From: Candidatus Latescibacterota bacterium
GTDB lineage: Bacteria; Latescibacterota; UBA2968
Direction: 5' to 3'
Assembly: GCA_965204375.1 (NCBI GenBank)
Contig: OZ241986.1
Coordinates: 2,144,001 to 2,208,000, forward strand
DNA length: 64,000 nt
Below the pieces are notes generated by a model that saw only the letters and a list, made by a program, of their open reading frames with translations, was not told the origin of the DNA and did not search any database. How positions within the stretch are numbered: position 1 is the stretch's first letter; each line of letters starts with the position of its first letter. The translations under genes and the position numbers were made by a program. Positions 46,915 to 55,612 of the stretch are shown piece after piece.

Positions 46915-47820
46915 GTGTCTATCCAATTACCCGACCCGCGAAACGAAAATATCCTCATCTATGTCGGCGGTGAACTGCTCCCGCGCGAAGACGCCAAAAT
47001 ATCCGTCTTTGACAGCGCAGTTCAGGGCGGCGATGCCGTATGGGAGGGCCTGCGCGTGTACAACGGCAAAATCTTCCAGCTCGACGCGCACCTCGACCGC
47101 CTCTTCGACTCTGCCAAAGCTATGGCCTTTGCGGATATCCCCTCTCGTGAAGCGGTCAAAACCGCCATCTTTGAAACCCTCAAAGCCAACAACATGCGCG
47201 ATGAAGTACATATCCGACTCACGCTCACGCGCGGGAAAAAAACCTCATCGGGCATGAGTCCACACTTTAACCAATACGGCTCCTGCCTCATTGTGCTACC
47301 AGAGTGGAAACCCCCTGTTTATTCCTCTGAAGGCATCTCCCTGATCACCGCCTCTGTTCGCCGCAATCCCCCCATGTGCATCGACTCCAAAATCCATCAC
47401 AACAATTTGATCAACAACATCCTCGCCAAAATCGAGGCCAACGTAGCAGGTGTTGATGACGCGATCATGCTCGACATCTTCGGCTATGTATCCGAAACCA
47501 ATGCCACCAATATCTTCATCATAAAAAAAGGAGCGCTCATCACGCCCCATGCGGATTCCTGCTTGCCCGGCATTACAAGAGGTGTCGTAATCGATCTCGC
47601 GCGCGACCTGGGCATCGAAGTTACCGAACGCAACCTATCACTTACCGAAGTCTATACAGCGGACGAAGGCTTCACCACAGGCACCATGGGCGAACTCTCC
47701 CCCATCCTCGAAGTAGATGGCCGCACCATCGGCAACGGCAAACCCAGTCCCCTCACCAATCGCCTGCGCGAACAATACGCCCAATACACCGCCGAACACG
47801 GCGAACCTATTCCGTTATAG
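46915..47820 (+). CDS. Aminotransferase class IV (BCAT/D-AAT/PabC-like)
   Basis: GDAVWEG.R, HLDRL..SA, SKIHHNN, E.NATN.F, LPGITR, ADE.F.TGT. Confidence 0.92.
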   Translation: MSIQLPDPRNENILIYVGGELLPREDAKISVFDSAVQGGDAVWEGLRVYNGKIFQLDAHLDRLFDSAKAMAFADIPSREAVKTAIFETLKANNMRDEVHIRLTLTRGKKTSSGMSPHFNQYGSCLIVLPEWKPPVYSSEGISLITASVRRNPPMCIDSKIHHNNLINNILAKIEANVAGVDDAIMLDIFGYVSETNATNIFIIKKGALITPHADSCLPGITRGVVIDLARDLGIEVTERNLSLTEVYTADEGFTTGTMGELSPILEVDGRTIGNGKPSPLTNRLREQYAQYTAEHGEPIPL

Positions 47821-47831
47821 GTATCAGGGGT

Positions 47832-48410
47832 TTAAATCTCCCAGTTCGAGGTATAAGATCGTCCCTGAAGTCGCTCTGCAAGCTCAATCAGCACGTCCAG
47901 TGACTTGCTCAATCTCGCCTTCCTCTTATCATCAAGTTTGCCTGCCTCAACCCAATTGTCATCGTGAACATACACGTTATACGGGCTGATAATACACTTA
48001 AAATCCAGCATAAGGGATGTTGCCAGCGAGGCAAACGCCATATAGCTGTGTGGCAATCCGGCCGCATTGACAAACATGACAATCTTATCGTAGAAAGCTC
48101 CTCTGAGGGACCCATCTGGTGGGGTAGAGCCTATATACTCGACAAATTTCTTGAGTTCAGAGCAACACGCCCAATTGTACACTGGGCTGGCCAATATCAC
48201 AGCATCTGCGGCTGCAATGACTTTATGACTCGACAGGTAAACCTCAGATGAATAGATCTTATCGTCGTCAAAATTTGGTGGGTCAAATTGCCGAAGATCG
48301 ATAAAGTCAACAGAAATGCCCTTGTCCTCCAGGGCGGTCTGGCACATAGCAGCAAGCATCCTGCTACGACTATTGGTATTGAGACTACTGCTGACGACTG
48401 AAATTCTCAT
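47832..48410 (-). CDS. NAD(P)H-dependent FMN reductase (flavodoxin-like)
   Basis: SSSLNTNSRS, ADAVILASPVYNW, LK. Confidence 0.85.
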   Translation of the reverse strand: MRISVVSSSLNTNSRSRMLAAMCQTALEDKGISVDFIDLRQFDPPNFDDDKIYSSEVYLSSHKVIAAADAVILASPVYNWACCSELKKFVEYIGSTPPDGSLRGAFYDKIVMFVNAAGLPHSYMAFASLATSLMLDFKCIISPYNVYVHDDNWVEAGKLDDKRKARLSKSLDVLIELAERLQGRSYTSNWEI

Positions 48411-48593
48411 CTGGACCTTCCTTCAAGGCAGAGTTTCGATATGTTCATGTGTGAGTAAAAAAATATCTTCTTTACAATCCCAATACATCGTCCTCAAGAA
48501 CAAAAAAAACCTGTTCTTTTGGACAGGTTATTGAAGCCTTAAAAACATCTTTTTTTGTCAAGATCCATTTCAGCAGACTGAGTCAAAAAAATA

Positions 48594-48621
48594 AAAAGCC
48601 GACGCACAAACATCGGCTTTT
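48594..48621. terminator. Stem-loop downstream of the TA pair
   Basis: aaaagccga-cgcacaaaca-tcggctttt. Confidence 0.55.
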
Positions 48622-48644
48622 GTAGTACCCTCTTTTTTCAACTT

Positions 48645-48670
48645 CATCCACACTTTTGAATATACTTCTC
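48645..48670 (-). mobile_element. Solo IS256-type terminal inverted repeat remnant
   Basis: Reverse complement gtatattcaaaagtgtggatg matches the IS256 left end gtatattcaaaagttgtggatg (60526-60547) with a single indel. Confidence 0.6.
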
Positions 48671-48695
48671 GACGGATCGCAACACTCGCTGTGTG

Positions 48696-49058
48696 CTACT
48701 TATAGACCAGGCGATCTGAAATACTATCTTGATCTATCTGCACATGTAGCCTTCCCTGCCGATGAGATACCGGCCCCCTGATAACGATTTCCACATCGCG
48801 CCCGAGTGCCGTCAACAGACGCAGGAGACGCTCCATGGAATACTCTCGAAAATTCCCCCTCAGGAGGCGCGAAACATCAGGTTGAGATAAACCGAGCAAT
48901 TTCGCCGCCTCGACCTGCTTGAGTCCCCGCTGACGAATAATCTTGTCAATACGGGTGACGAGTTCTGCCTTTAACAAGTGAGCCTCGGCGTCAGGTCGCT
49001 CCAAGTCGGCGAACACGTTACCACTGCCGCGTTCGATTTTGATCACTTTCGTCTCCAT
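48696..49058 (-). CDS. XRE-family HTH antitoxin (HigA-like)
   Basis: GSGNVFADL, LKQ.EAAKLLG.SQP.VS.L.RG, S.ERL...L.ALG.DVEI. Confidence 0.9.
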   Translation of the reverse strand: METKVIKIERGSGNVFADLERPDAEAHLLKAELVTRIDKIIRQRGLKQVEAAKLLGLSQPDVSRLLRGNFREYSMERLLRLLTALGRDVEIVIRGPVSHRQGRLHVQIDQDSISDRLVYK

Positions 49059-49062
49059 TGCT

Positions 49063-49431
49063 CTACCCTTCTACATAAATGTCCTTATAGTGTTGTTCCG
49101 CTGACCTTAGCCTGCGTTTGATCAGATCAATCTCCTGCTTCGGTGTCTCAATACCCCGTTTGGCTTTCTTCTGGAAGGCATGTAGAACATAGACGGCCAA
49201 CTTGAAGCGGACTGTATAAACTGCCCGGTAAGTGTCTCCGTCGTAACGGGAAACGACCTCCAGAACCTGGGGTCCCAACCCCTTGAGAAGTGTAGCGTCG
49301 CGGTGTCTAAGTCCGATTTGAGCCTGATACAGAGCAAAGCCGACCCTATCCTGTACGGCAGCAGGAAACTTCTTCAAGTCCCCTTTACTCGATCCGACCC
49401 ATTCGACGGGCTTAAGCATCTCACTGGTCAT
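49063..49431 (-). CDS. RelE/ParE (Gp49/HigB-like) toxin
   Basis: W.GSS..DL..FP, TYRAVY, YVLHAFQKK...G..TP..EI.LI..R; toxin-first order. Confidence 0.9.
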   Translation of the reverse strand: MTSEMLKPVEWVGSSKGDLKKFPAAVQDRVGFALYQAQIGLRHRDATLLKGLGPQVLEVVSRYDGDTYRAVYTVRFKLAVYVLHAFQKKAKRGIETPKQEIDLIKRRLRSAEQHYKDIYVEG

Positions 49432-49511
49432 ATCTAATTATAGTGGTTTCACCATATTTGCACAAGCACCTTTTTGTAAACGTCGGCTTTTTTGAGTCAT
49501 TAGCAGCGACC

Positions 49512-50333
49512 TCAACCGTGGAAAACCTGTACCTGACCAGACGCTTTTCCCGACACAGTCGCGGGATCAAGTGCGCCTTCTCCAAAGAGTCGAGGAAACG
49601 TCTGACCAGTCTTCAAAGAACGCGTTCTCGCATCCATATAAGTCGCGCTAAAAGCCCTCCGGGGCGACGGAGTCGAATTGAGAGCCGAACGGTGGAGCAA
49701 AAAATTGTGCAGCAAAACAGCCTCCCCTGCCTCGGTCTCCAGATCAATCACATCCTTGGGCTGAGTGTACTTCGCTTGATCCTCTTCAGAAGTATAGTGC
49801 CGCTCATTGAGAATACCCAGATTATTGCTACCCGGCACGATCTGCATACAGCCACTGGCAACAGTGGCATCGTCCAGCCCGGTCCACACCGTAATAATCG
49901 GATTGGTATCAATCCCCCAGCCCACGCCAATATCCTGATGCCAGGGCAAAATCGTGCCGCTCTCAGCGGGTTTATTCATAAACATAGAGCGAAAAACCGA
50001 AACATTTTCGCCGATATAGCGACGGGTAATCTGGCGGATAAGAGGGTGCTGCATATAGGTAAGGAAGAACGGATCTTGTTCCAGATCATCGATGCGTCGA
50101 TAATGGAGCGTCGGCTCCTGATTCCCCAGAGTGCGATCCATTCTGACGTCAGGCGTTTTGGGATTGAGCTGAAAGCGCATATTCCCATAGCGGACGCGGC
50201 CCAGCATAATATCGTCAATGCGCTGCTGCAGGGCGGCCAGTTCTCCAGGCGACAGGAGATGTCCCAGACGCAGGTACCCCTCAGCCATAAACTGCTCGTG
50301 GTGCGCGTCGTCAAACGAAGTGAGAGGATTCAC
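49512..50333 (-). CDS. PhyH family Fe(II)/2OG dioxygenase
   Basis: GTG start 50333 after GGAGG; WHQD, GCMQIVPGS, LLHRS..N. Confidence 0.9.
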   Translation of the reverse strand: MNPLTSFDDAHHEQFMAEGYLRLGHLLSPGELAALQQRIDDIMLGRVRYGNMRFQLNPKTPDVRMDRTLGNQEPTLHYRRIDDLEQDPFFLTYMQHPLIRQITRRYIGENVSVFRSMFMNKPAESGTILPWHQDIGVGWGIDTNPIITVWTGLDDATVASGCMQIVPGSNNLGILNERHYTSEEDQAKYTQPKDVIDLETEAGEAVLLHNFLLHRSALNSTPSPRRAFSATYMDARTRSLKTGQTFPRLFGEGALDPATVSGKASGQVQVFHG

Positions 50334-50518
50334 GGCGTGACCTCCTCGGAAATTGGTCTGCCTATGCGATTGGATTGACTGCCAAACTATCACCAAGATT
50401 CGCCAGAAGCAACTGAAAAACGCCCAGTCCTGCGAAACGGCCCTGCTTGACAGAGAACAATTCTCTGTATATGATGCCTGATACTGCAAATCACCAAACA
50501 CCAGAAGGGGCGTAAACC

Positions 50519-51898
50519 ATGAGCAATGTGCGAGATTTTGGAGCCAGAGGAGATGGGATCTCAGATGATACAAAAGCGATTGAAGACGCACTGGCAAAAG
50601 GAGACGGAACGCTACAATTTCCAAAAGGCGACTATCTCATTACGCACACTATCAACATAGAATTAGCCGACAGTGGGCGGGTGAGCATAGACGGATCGGG
50701 AGGCGCAGCAAAAATCCTCATGGATGGTGCAGGACCCGCATTTCAAATCACCGGCACACATGTGCGCTCAGCCGATCCCAAAACCTTTGAACCCCATGTC
50801 TGGACCCATGAAAGAATGCCCACAATATCGAACCTGGAGATCGAAGGTGCACATCCCGAAGCAGATGGCTTCTCGCTAACAGGCACCATGCAGGCGACCT
50901 TTGAAGGCGTACTCCTGCGCAAATTAAACCACGCCATCCACATACGCGACCGCGCCCGAAACGTCCTTATCTCCCACTGTCATCTGCACGACAACCGCGG
51001 CGTAGGCATCTTCCTCGATCATGTAGATCTTCACCAAATCATCGTTGCCTCCTCGCACATCAGCTATTGCAAACGCGGAGGTATCAAAATCATCGGATCG
51101 CAAATCCGCAACTTGCAAATCACCGGCAACGACATCGAATACAACTACGATGAAGAAGCGGACCGATCTGCAGATATCTGGATCGACACTAGCGACGGAT
51201 CCGCCACAGTCCGCGAAGGCACCATATCGGGCAATACCATCCAGGCAAAATCCTCGCCAGGAGGCGCAAATATATTGATGATCGGCCACTCTCCTCAGAC
51301 GAACAACAAAGTGGGCATGTTCACCATCGCGGGAAATTTGATCGGCTCGCAGGAAAACAACATCCACCTCATTGCAGCCAGAGGCGTCACCATCTCGGGA
51401 AACGCGATCTACAATGGATTCAACCGAAACCTCCTGGTAGAACACGCCCAAAATATAGTACTTGGCAGCAACAGCTTTGACCACAACCCCGATTACGGTC
51501 CCTCGCGCCGCACTGGCATTCAATTTATAAACAGCACAGATAGTATCCTCAGCGGGTCAACGCTTCACGAGTTCCAAAGCGGACGAAATGAAAACGCGGA
51601 CGATCGTCAGGGCCTTTTGGAAATCATCCGCTGCGCCCGGCTCACCATAAACGGCTGCCAGATATTGGACGGCTATCCAGGCGCAATATACGTAACCGAC
51701 TCCGACGACATCAGCATCACCGGATGTACCCTGCTGGAGAGGAGAACACAAAAAGAAACCGTTTCAACGATTCACTGGAACGGCATAGGCCGTGGCAATT
51801 TGTTGAGCAACAACCGAATCGGAAATGGAACAGCAGGTACACTATCCATAGACGAAACGGCTGGCGTTCAAGTTAGCCATAATCGAATAGACGAATAA
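50519..51898 (+). CDS. Right-handed parallel beta-helix protein (pectate-lyase-3-like N-terminus)
   Basis: NVRDFGARGDG.SDDT.AI..AL; repeated I.GN.I motifs. Confidence 0.85.
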   Translation: MSNVRDFGARGDGISDDTKAIEDALAKGDGTLQFPKGDYLITHTINIELADSGRVSIDGSGGAAKILMDGAGPAFQITGTHVRSADPKTFEPHVWTHERMPTISNLEIEGAHPEADGFSLTGTMQATFEGVLLRKLNHAIHIRDRARNVLISHCHLHDNRGVGIFLDHVDLHQIIVASSHISYCKRGGIKIIGSQIRNLQITGNDIEYNYDEEADRSADIWIDTSDGSATVREGTISGNTIQAKSSPGGANILMIGHSPQTNNKVGMFTIAGNLIGSQENNIHLIAARGVTISGNAIYNGFNRNLLVEHAQNIVLGSNSFDHNPDYGPSRRTGIQFINSTDSILSGSTLHEFQSGRNENADDRQGLLEIIRCARLTINGCQILDGYPGAIYVTDSDDISITGCTLLERRTQKETVSTIHWNGIGRGNLLSNNRIGNGTAGTLSIDETAGVQVSHNRIDE

Positions 51899-52031
51899 AT
51901 GAATAGACGAATCCCGCTCAACCACCCAAAGTTGTGACAAACTCCGTCGCTGATTCGTAGATTCGCTGATTCGTAGATTCGCTGATTCGCTGATTCGTAG
52001 ATTCGTAGATTCGTAGATTCGTAGATTCGCT
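51884..52031. repeat. Composite element: gaatagac arm + conserved core + (gctgattc/gtagattc) x10
   Basis: 8-mer tandem at 51949-52028; core cccgctcaaccacccaaag at 51913-51931. Confidence 0.85.
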
Positions 52032-52043
52032 AAGGAGGTAAAC

Positions 52044-53159
52044 TTGTCTTTAAAACCCGACCACTCAAAAGTACCTGGCGTCGTGATTGATCACAGCCCC
52101 GCCAGCACAAAACAATACCTGGGCAGCCCGAGCATCGTCATCATGCCCAACGGCGATTATATCGCATCCTATGATCTTTTTGGACCGGGCACAAATTACG
52201 ACCGCATGGCCGTATTTCGTTCGCGCGACAAAGGCGAAACATGGACTCGAATATCCGAACAGGTTGGCCAGTGGTGGTCCAATCTGTTTTTGCACAAAGG
52301 CGACCTCTATCTGCTCGGCACAAGCCGCGAATATGGCTATGCCGTAATTCGGCGATCTACGGACGGGGGTAAAACATGGACAGTGCCAAAAGACAAACAC
52401 ACCGGACAAATCTCTACTGAGGATCGATATCACTGTGCCCCAATGCCCGTCGTCGCCCACAATGGATATCTCTGGCGCGCTTATGAATTGGCACATGGTC
52501 CGCGAGAAGAGTGGAAAGCGCAGGTCCTCTCCATACCTGAAGATGCAGACCTGCTTCAAGCAGAGAACTGGCGATTTAGCGAAGCGTACCAACACCTCTG
52601 GTCAAGTTCACAGTGGATTGAAGGCAATATCGTGATCACACCAGATAATAAACTGGTAAACATCTTGCGTTCAAATTTGCGAAATGTCTCGCCCGAAGAG
52701 ATACAGGCGGGAAGTGATAAAGCGGCTATTTTACACATCTCAGAAGATGGCAAGACACTGACACACGACCGGGATAGAGACCTGATTGACTTTCCGGGTG
52801 GCGGTGTAAAATTCACAATCCGATTCGACGATCAAACACAGCGCTATTGGTCGCTGGGATGTAAACAAACCAATCCACCGGCATACCGAAATACACTGGT
52901 CTTGACATCATCTGCCGATTTGCAAACCTGGCGAATCGAATCCGTGATCCTGCACCATCCCGATCCAGAGAAACACGCATTTCAATACGTTGACTGGCAA
53001 TTTGAAGAAAACGATATAATCGTGGCATCGCGCACAGCTTATGACGATGGCCTGGGTGGCGCGCACAACGGGCATGATGCAAATTATTTGACATTTCATC
53101 GCATTGAAAATTTCAGGGATCGAACGATAGACGACCCGCCCTTAAATGAGAGAGAGTAG
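52044..53159 (+). CDS. Sialidase-like BNR/Asp-box beta-propeller protein
   Basis: Asp boxes SRDKGETW, STDGGKTW, SEDGKT, SSADLQTW. Confidence 0.8.
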   Translation: MSLKPDHSKVPGVVIDHSPASTKQYLGSPSIVIMPNGDYIASYDLFGPGTNYDRMAVFRSRDKGETWTRISEQVGQWWSNLFLHKGDLYLLGTSREYGYAVIRRSTDGGKTWTVPKDKHTGQISTEDRYHCAPMPVVAHNGYLWRAYELAHGPREEWKAQVLSIPEDADLLQAENWRFSEAYQHLWSSSQWIEGNIVITPDNKLVNILRSNLRNVSPEEIQAGSDKAAILHISEDGKTLTHDRDRDLIDFPGGGVKFTIRFDDQTQRYWSLGCKQTNPPAYRNTLVLTSSADLQTWRIESVILHHPDPEKHAFQYVDWQFEENDIIVASRTAYDDGLGGAHNGHDANYLTFHRIENFRDRTIDDPPLNERE

Positions 53160-53176
53160 CACTCGAGGAGAATATA

Positions 53177-54820
53177 ATGCAAGCAACTCACAACCTTCAG
53201 CCAGACAGGATATTTTACAATGGCAACCTGATTACCATGGCTGACTGTAGCGAGACTGCGGTTGCCGTACTGAATGGGGCTATATGCGCTGTGGGATCTG
53301 ATCAGGAGATTATCGGCCTTGCAGGTCCCGACACCGAACGTACCGACCTGGCGGGAAAAACTATGCTACCCGGGTTTTACGACACGCATGGACATTTCCC
53401 GAGCGCGGGACTCGTGGCTGTTTCTTCGGTGAATTGCAATTCTCCGCCAATGGGACCCGTGGAAAAAATCGATGATATTGTCCAGCTATTGGCAGAACGC
53501 GCCAAAGGAATACCAGAGGGCCAGTGGGTATTGGGCAGAGGCTACGACGATACCCTGATGAAAGAAAAACGACACCCCACACGAACAGACCTGGATCGAG
53601 CTTCGCAGAACCACCCGATTTGCATCGTCCACACCTCAGGCCATTTTGCTGCAGCAAACACATGTGCATTGGAACGCGCCGGAGTCCATTCCGACACGCC
53701 GAATCCAACGGGTGGCGTGATTCGCAAAGACCTCATCACAGGTGAGCCGGACGGCGTTTTGGAAGAGACCGCAATGCGCCCGGTGAGAAATCTGATCCCC
53801 CCACTGAACGAAGCCCAGTGGTTTGAAGGATTAGAGATCGCGGTAGATGAATATGTCCGCGAGGGCGTAACCTCCGTAGTAATCGCTGGCTGCAACCGCC
53901 GCGACATAGCCCGACTGCAAACAGCCATCGACAGCGGCAAGCTGCCCTTGCGCATGGTTTGTATGACCGGAAAGAGCAAGCCGGGCCAGCAGTCGATTCT
54001 GGAGACGAGTGGATTGAAAACGGGCTTCGGAACGGACCGCTTGCGGTTGGGGGCGGTAAAAATGTTTCAGGATGGATCAATCCAGGGCTATACGGGTTAT
54101 CTGAGCAAACCCTATCACGAACCATTTATGGGCGATACCCAGTATCGCGGCTATCCGATGCGAAGCCGAGAAGCATTGGTCGAGATGGTGGATGAAGCCC
54201 ATCGGGCGGGCAAGCAGATTGCGATACACGGCAATGGAGATGCGGCGATTGACGATATTTTATCTGCCTATGAACAGGCGCAACAAAAAACGCCCCGCAC
54301 AGATACTCGGCATCGCATTGAGCACTGTCAAACGGTGAGAGAAGATCAACTCGATAAAATGCAAACACTGGGCGTGACACCCTCTTTTTTTGTTCAGCAC
54401 ACCTATTACTGGGGCGACCGCCACGAAGCGATTTTTTTGGGACCAGAGCGCGCACATCGAATCAGCCCATTGAAATCCGCGTCTAATCGTGGAATTCGCT
54501 TTACCATCCACAACGACTCGCCAGTAACCCCGACCAAATCGCTCTTTTCCGTCTGGTCCGCAGTGAACCGCCTCTCGCGCAGTAGAAAGTGCATGGGCGA
54601 AGCACAGCGAATCGGTCTGGAACAGGCATTTCGAGCAATCACAATTGACGCCGCTTGGCAAAATTTTGAAGAAAATGTAAAAGGGTCAATCGAGGTGGGC
54701 AAGCTGGCGGACTTTGTGGTTTTAGAATCAGATCCATTCGTAGGAGATATATTGGCTATAAAAGAGATTGATGTAATGGAGACAATTGTGGGAGGAAAGA
54801 CAGTTTATCGAAAAACGTGA
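53177..54820 (+). CDS. Amidohydrolase family 3 (YtcJ-like)
   Basis: PGFYDTHGH, K.FQDGS, HGNGD, RIEH, HNDSPV, GKLADFVVL. Confidence 0.92.
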   Translation: MQATHNLQPDRIFYNGNLITMADCSETAVAVLNGAICAVGSDQEIIGLAGPDTERTDLAGKTMLPGFYDTHGHFPSAGLVAVSSVNCNSPPMGPVEKIDDIVQLLAERAKGIPEGQWVLGRGYDDTLMKEKRHPTRTDLDRASQNHPICIVHTSGHFAAANTCALERAGVHSDTPNPTGGVIRKDLITGEPDGVLEETAMRPVRNLIPPLNEAQWFEGLEIAVDEYVREGVTSVVIAGCNRRDIARLQTAIDSGKLPLRMVCMTGKSKPGQQSILETSGLKTGFGTDRLRLGAVKMFQDGSIQGYTGYLSKPYHEPFMGDTQYRGYPMRSREALVEMVDEAHRAGKQIAIHGNGDAAIDDILSAYEQAQQKTPRTDTRHRIEHCQTVREDQLDKMQTLGVTPSFFVQHTYYWGDRHEAIFLGPERAHRISPLKSASNRGIRFTIHNDSPVTPTKSLFSVWSAVNRLSRSRKCMGEAQRIGLEQAFRAITIDAAWQNFEENVKGSIEVGKLADFVVLESDPFVGDILAIKEIDVMETIVGGKTVYRKT

Positions 54821-54840
54821 AGGTAACTCCGAGCTAAAAA

Positions 54841-55602
54841 TCAAAACGCGATTGTCAAACCCATGGGCGCAGGCTCAAAAACCACGCTATCAAATAGATT
54901 CAGAACCCAAATCGCACCGAGGACACCGATCAGAATATTCACCCGTTTTTCACTGGATTTAACGTCTCGATAACGCGCCTCCCACTCGGTATAGCGCGTC
55001 CCATCGTCATTTGTATAACGCTGGTTTACATGTTGAAATATATTCGTCTGATTGTAGTGATCACGGGCACTCTGAAAATTCCGAAACTGAAACTGCAACA
55101 TGACAGACGTACCAATCACTGCACCGAGAAATGCGTATCCCTTTTTCTTATACCCCCGGTAATACTGTCCCCATCCTGGAAAGACCAAAGACCGCATCGC
55201 AGCGGACAAGCGTTTGGTCTTCAGGCGACGTGCCGCCTCCTCACCGTGCAACAAAGCCCACCAGAATGCGCCGGAATCTGCATTTTCAAAATAGCCCCGA
55301 TCCAATCGGTTATTCAATGCAAACGCCTCTCGAAATGCCCAATCAGCACGCAGAGAATCTCCCGCTGCAAGATAGCAACAGCCCAGATCAAAAAACAGAC
55401 GCGCGCGTGAATCTCGATTCATCGGCGTCAGCTTCGGCGAGAGTTGCGCCACACCCGGCACAGCCAACAAATACCCTATCGCACCTCCATAATCACCCTG
55501 TTTGTAGCGCACCTCAGCCTCTCGAACATAAGGCGGAACATCCTGAGCACCTGCAATACCAAAAGCACCGATAAGCGCGACAAAAATAAAAAATCTCATC
55601 AT
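54841..55602 (-). CDS. Exported TPR + DUF5683-like protein
   Basis: Signal peptide, TPR-like helices, RSLVFPGWGQ.Y. Confidence 0.65.
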   Translation of the reverse strand: MMRFFIFVALIGAFGIAGAQDVPPYVREAEVRYKQGDYGGAIGYLLAVPGVAQLSPKLTPMNRDSRARLFFDLGCCYLAAGDSLRADWAFREAFALNNRLDRGYFENADSGAFWWALLHGEEAARRLKTKRLSAAMRSLVFPGWGQYYRGYKKKGYAFLGAVIGTSVMLQFQFRNFQSARDHYNQTNIFQHVNQRYTNDDGTRYTEWEARYRDVKSSEKRVNILIGVLGAIWVLNLFDSVVFEPAPMGLTIAF

Positions 55603-55612
55603 ATCCCCTCAA

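Noticed and set aside
51949-52031. Tandem repeats (also 22118-22182 and 19872-20120) as a CRISPR array
   Set aside because: Units are 8-14 bp and directly adjacent with no unique spacers; no cas genes in the window
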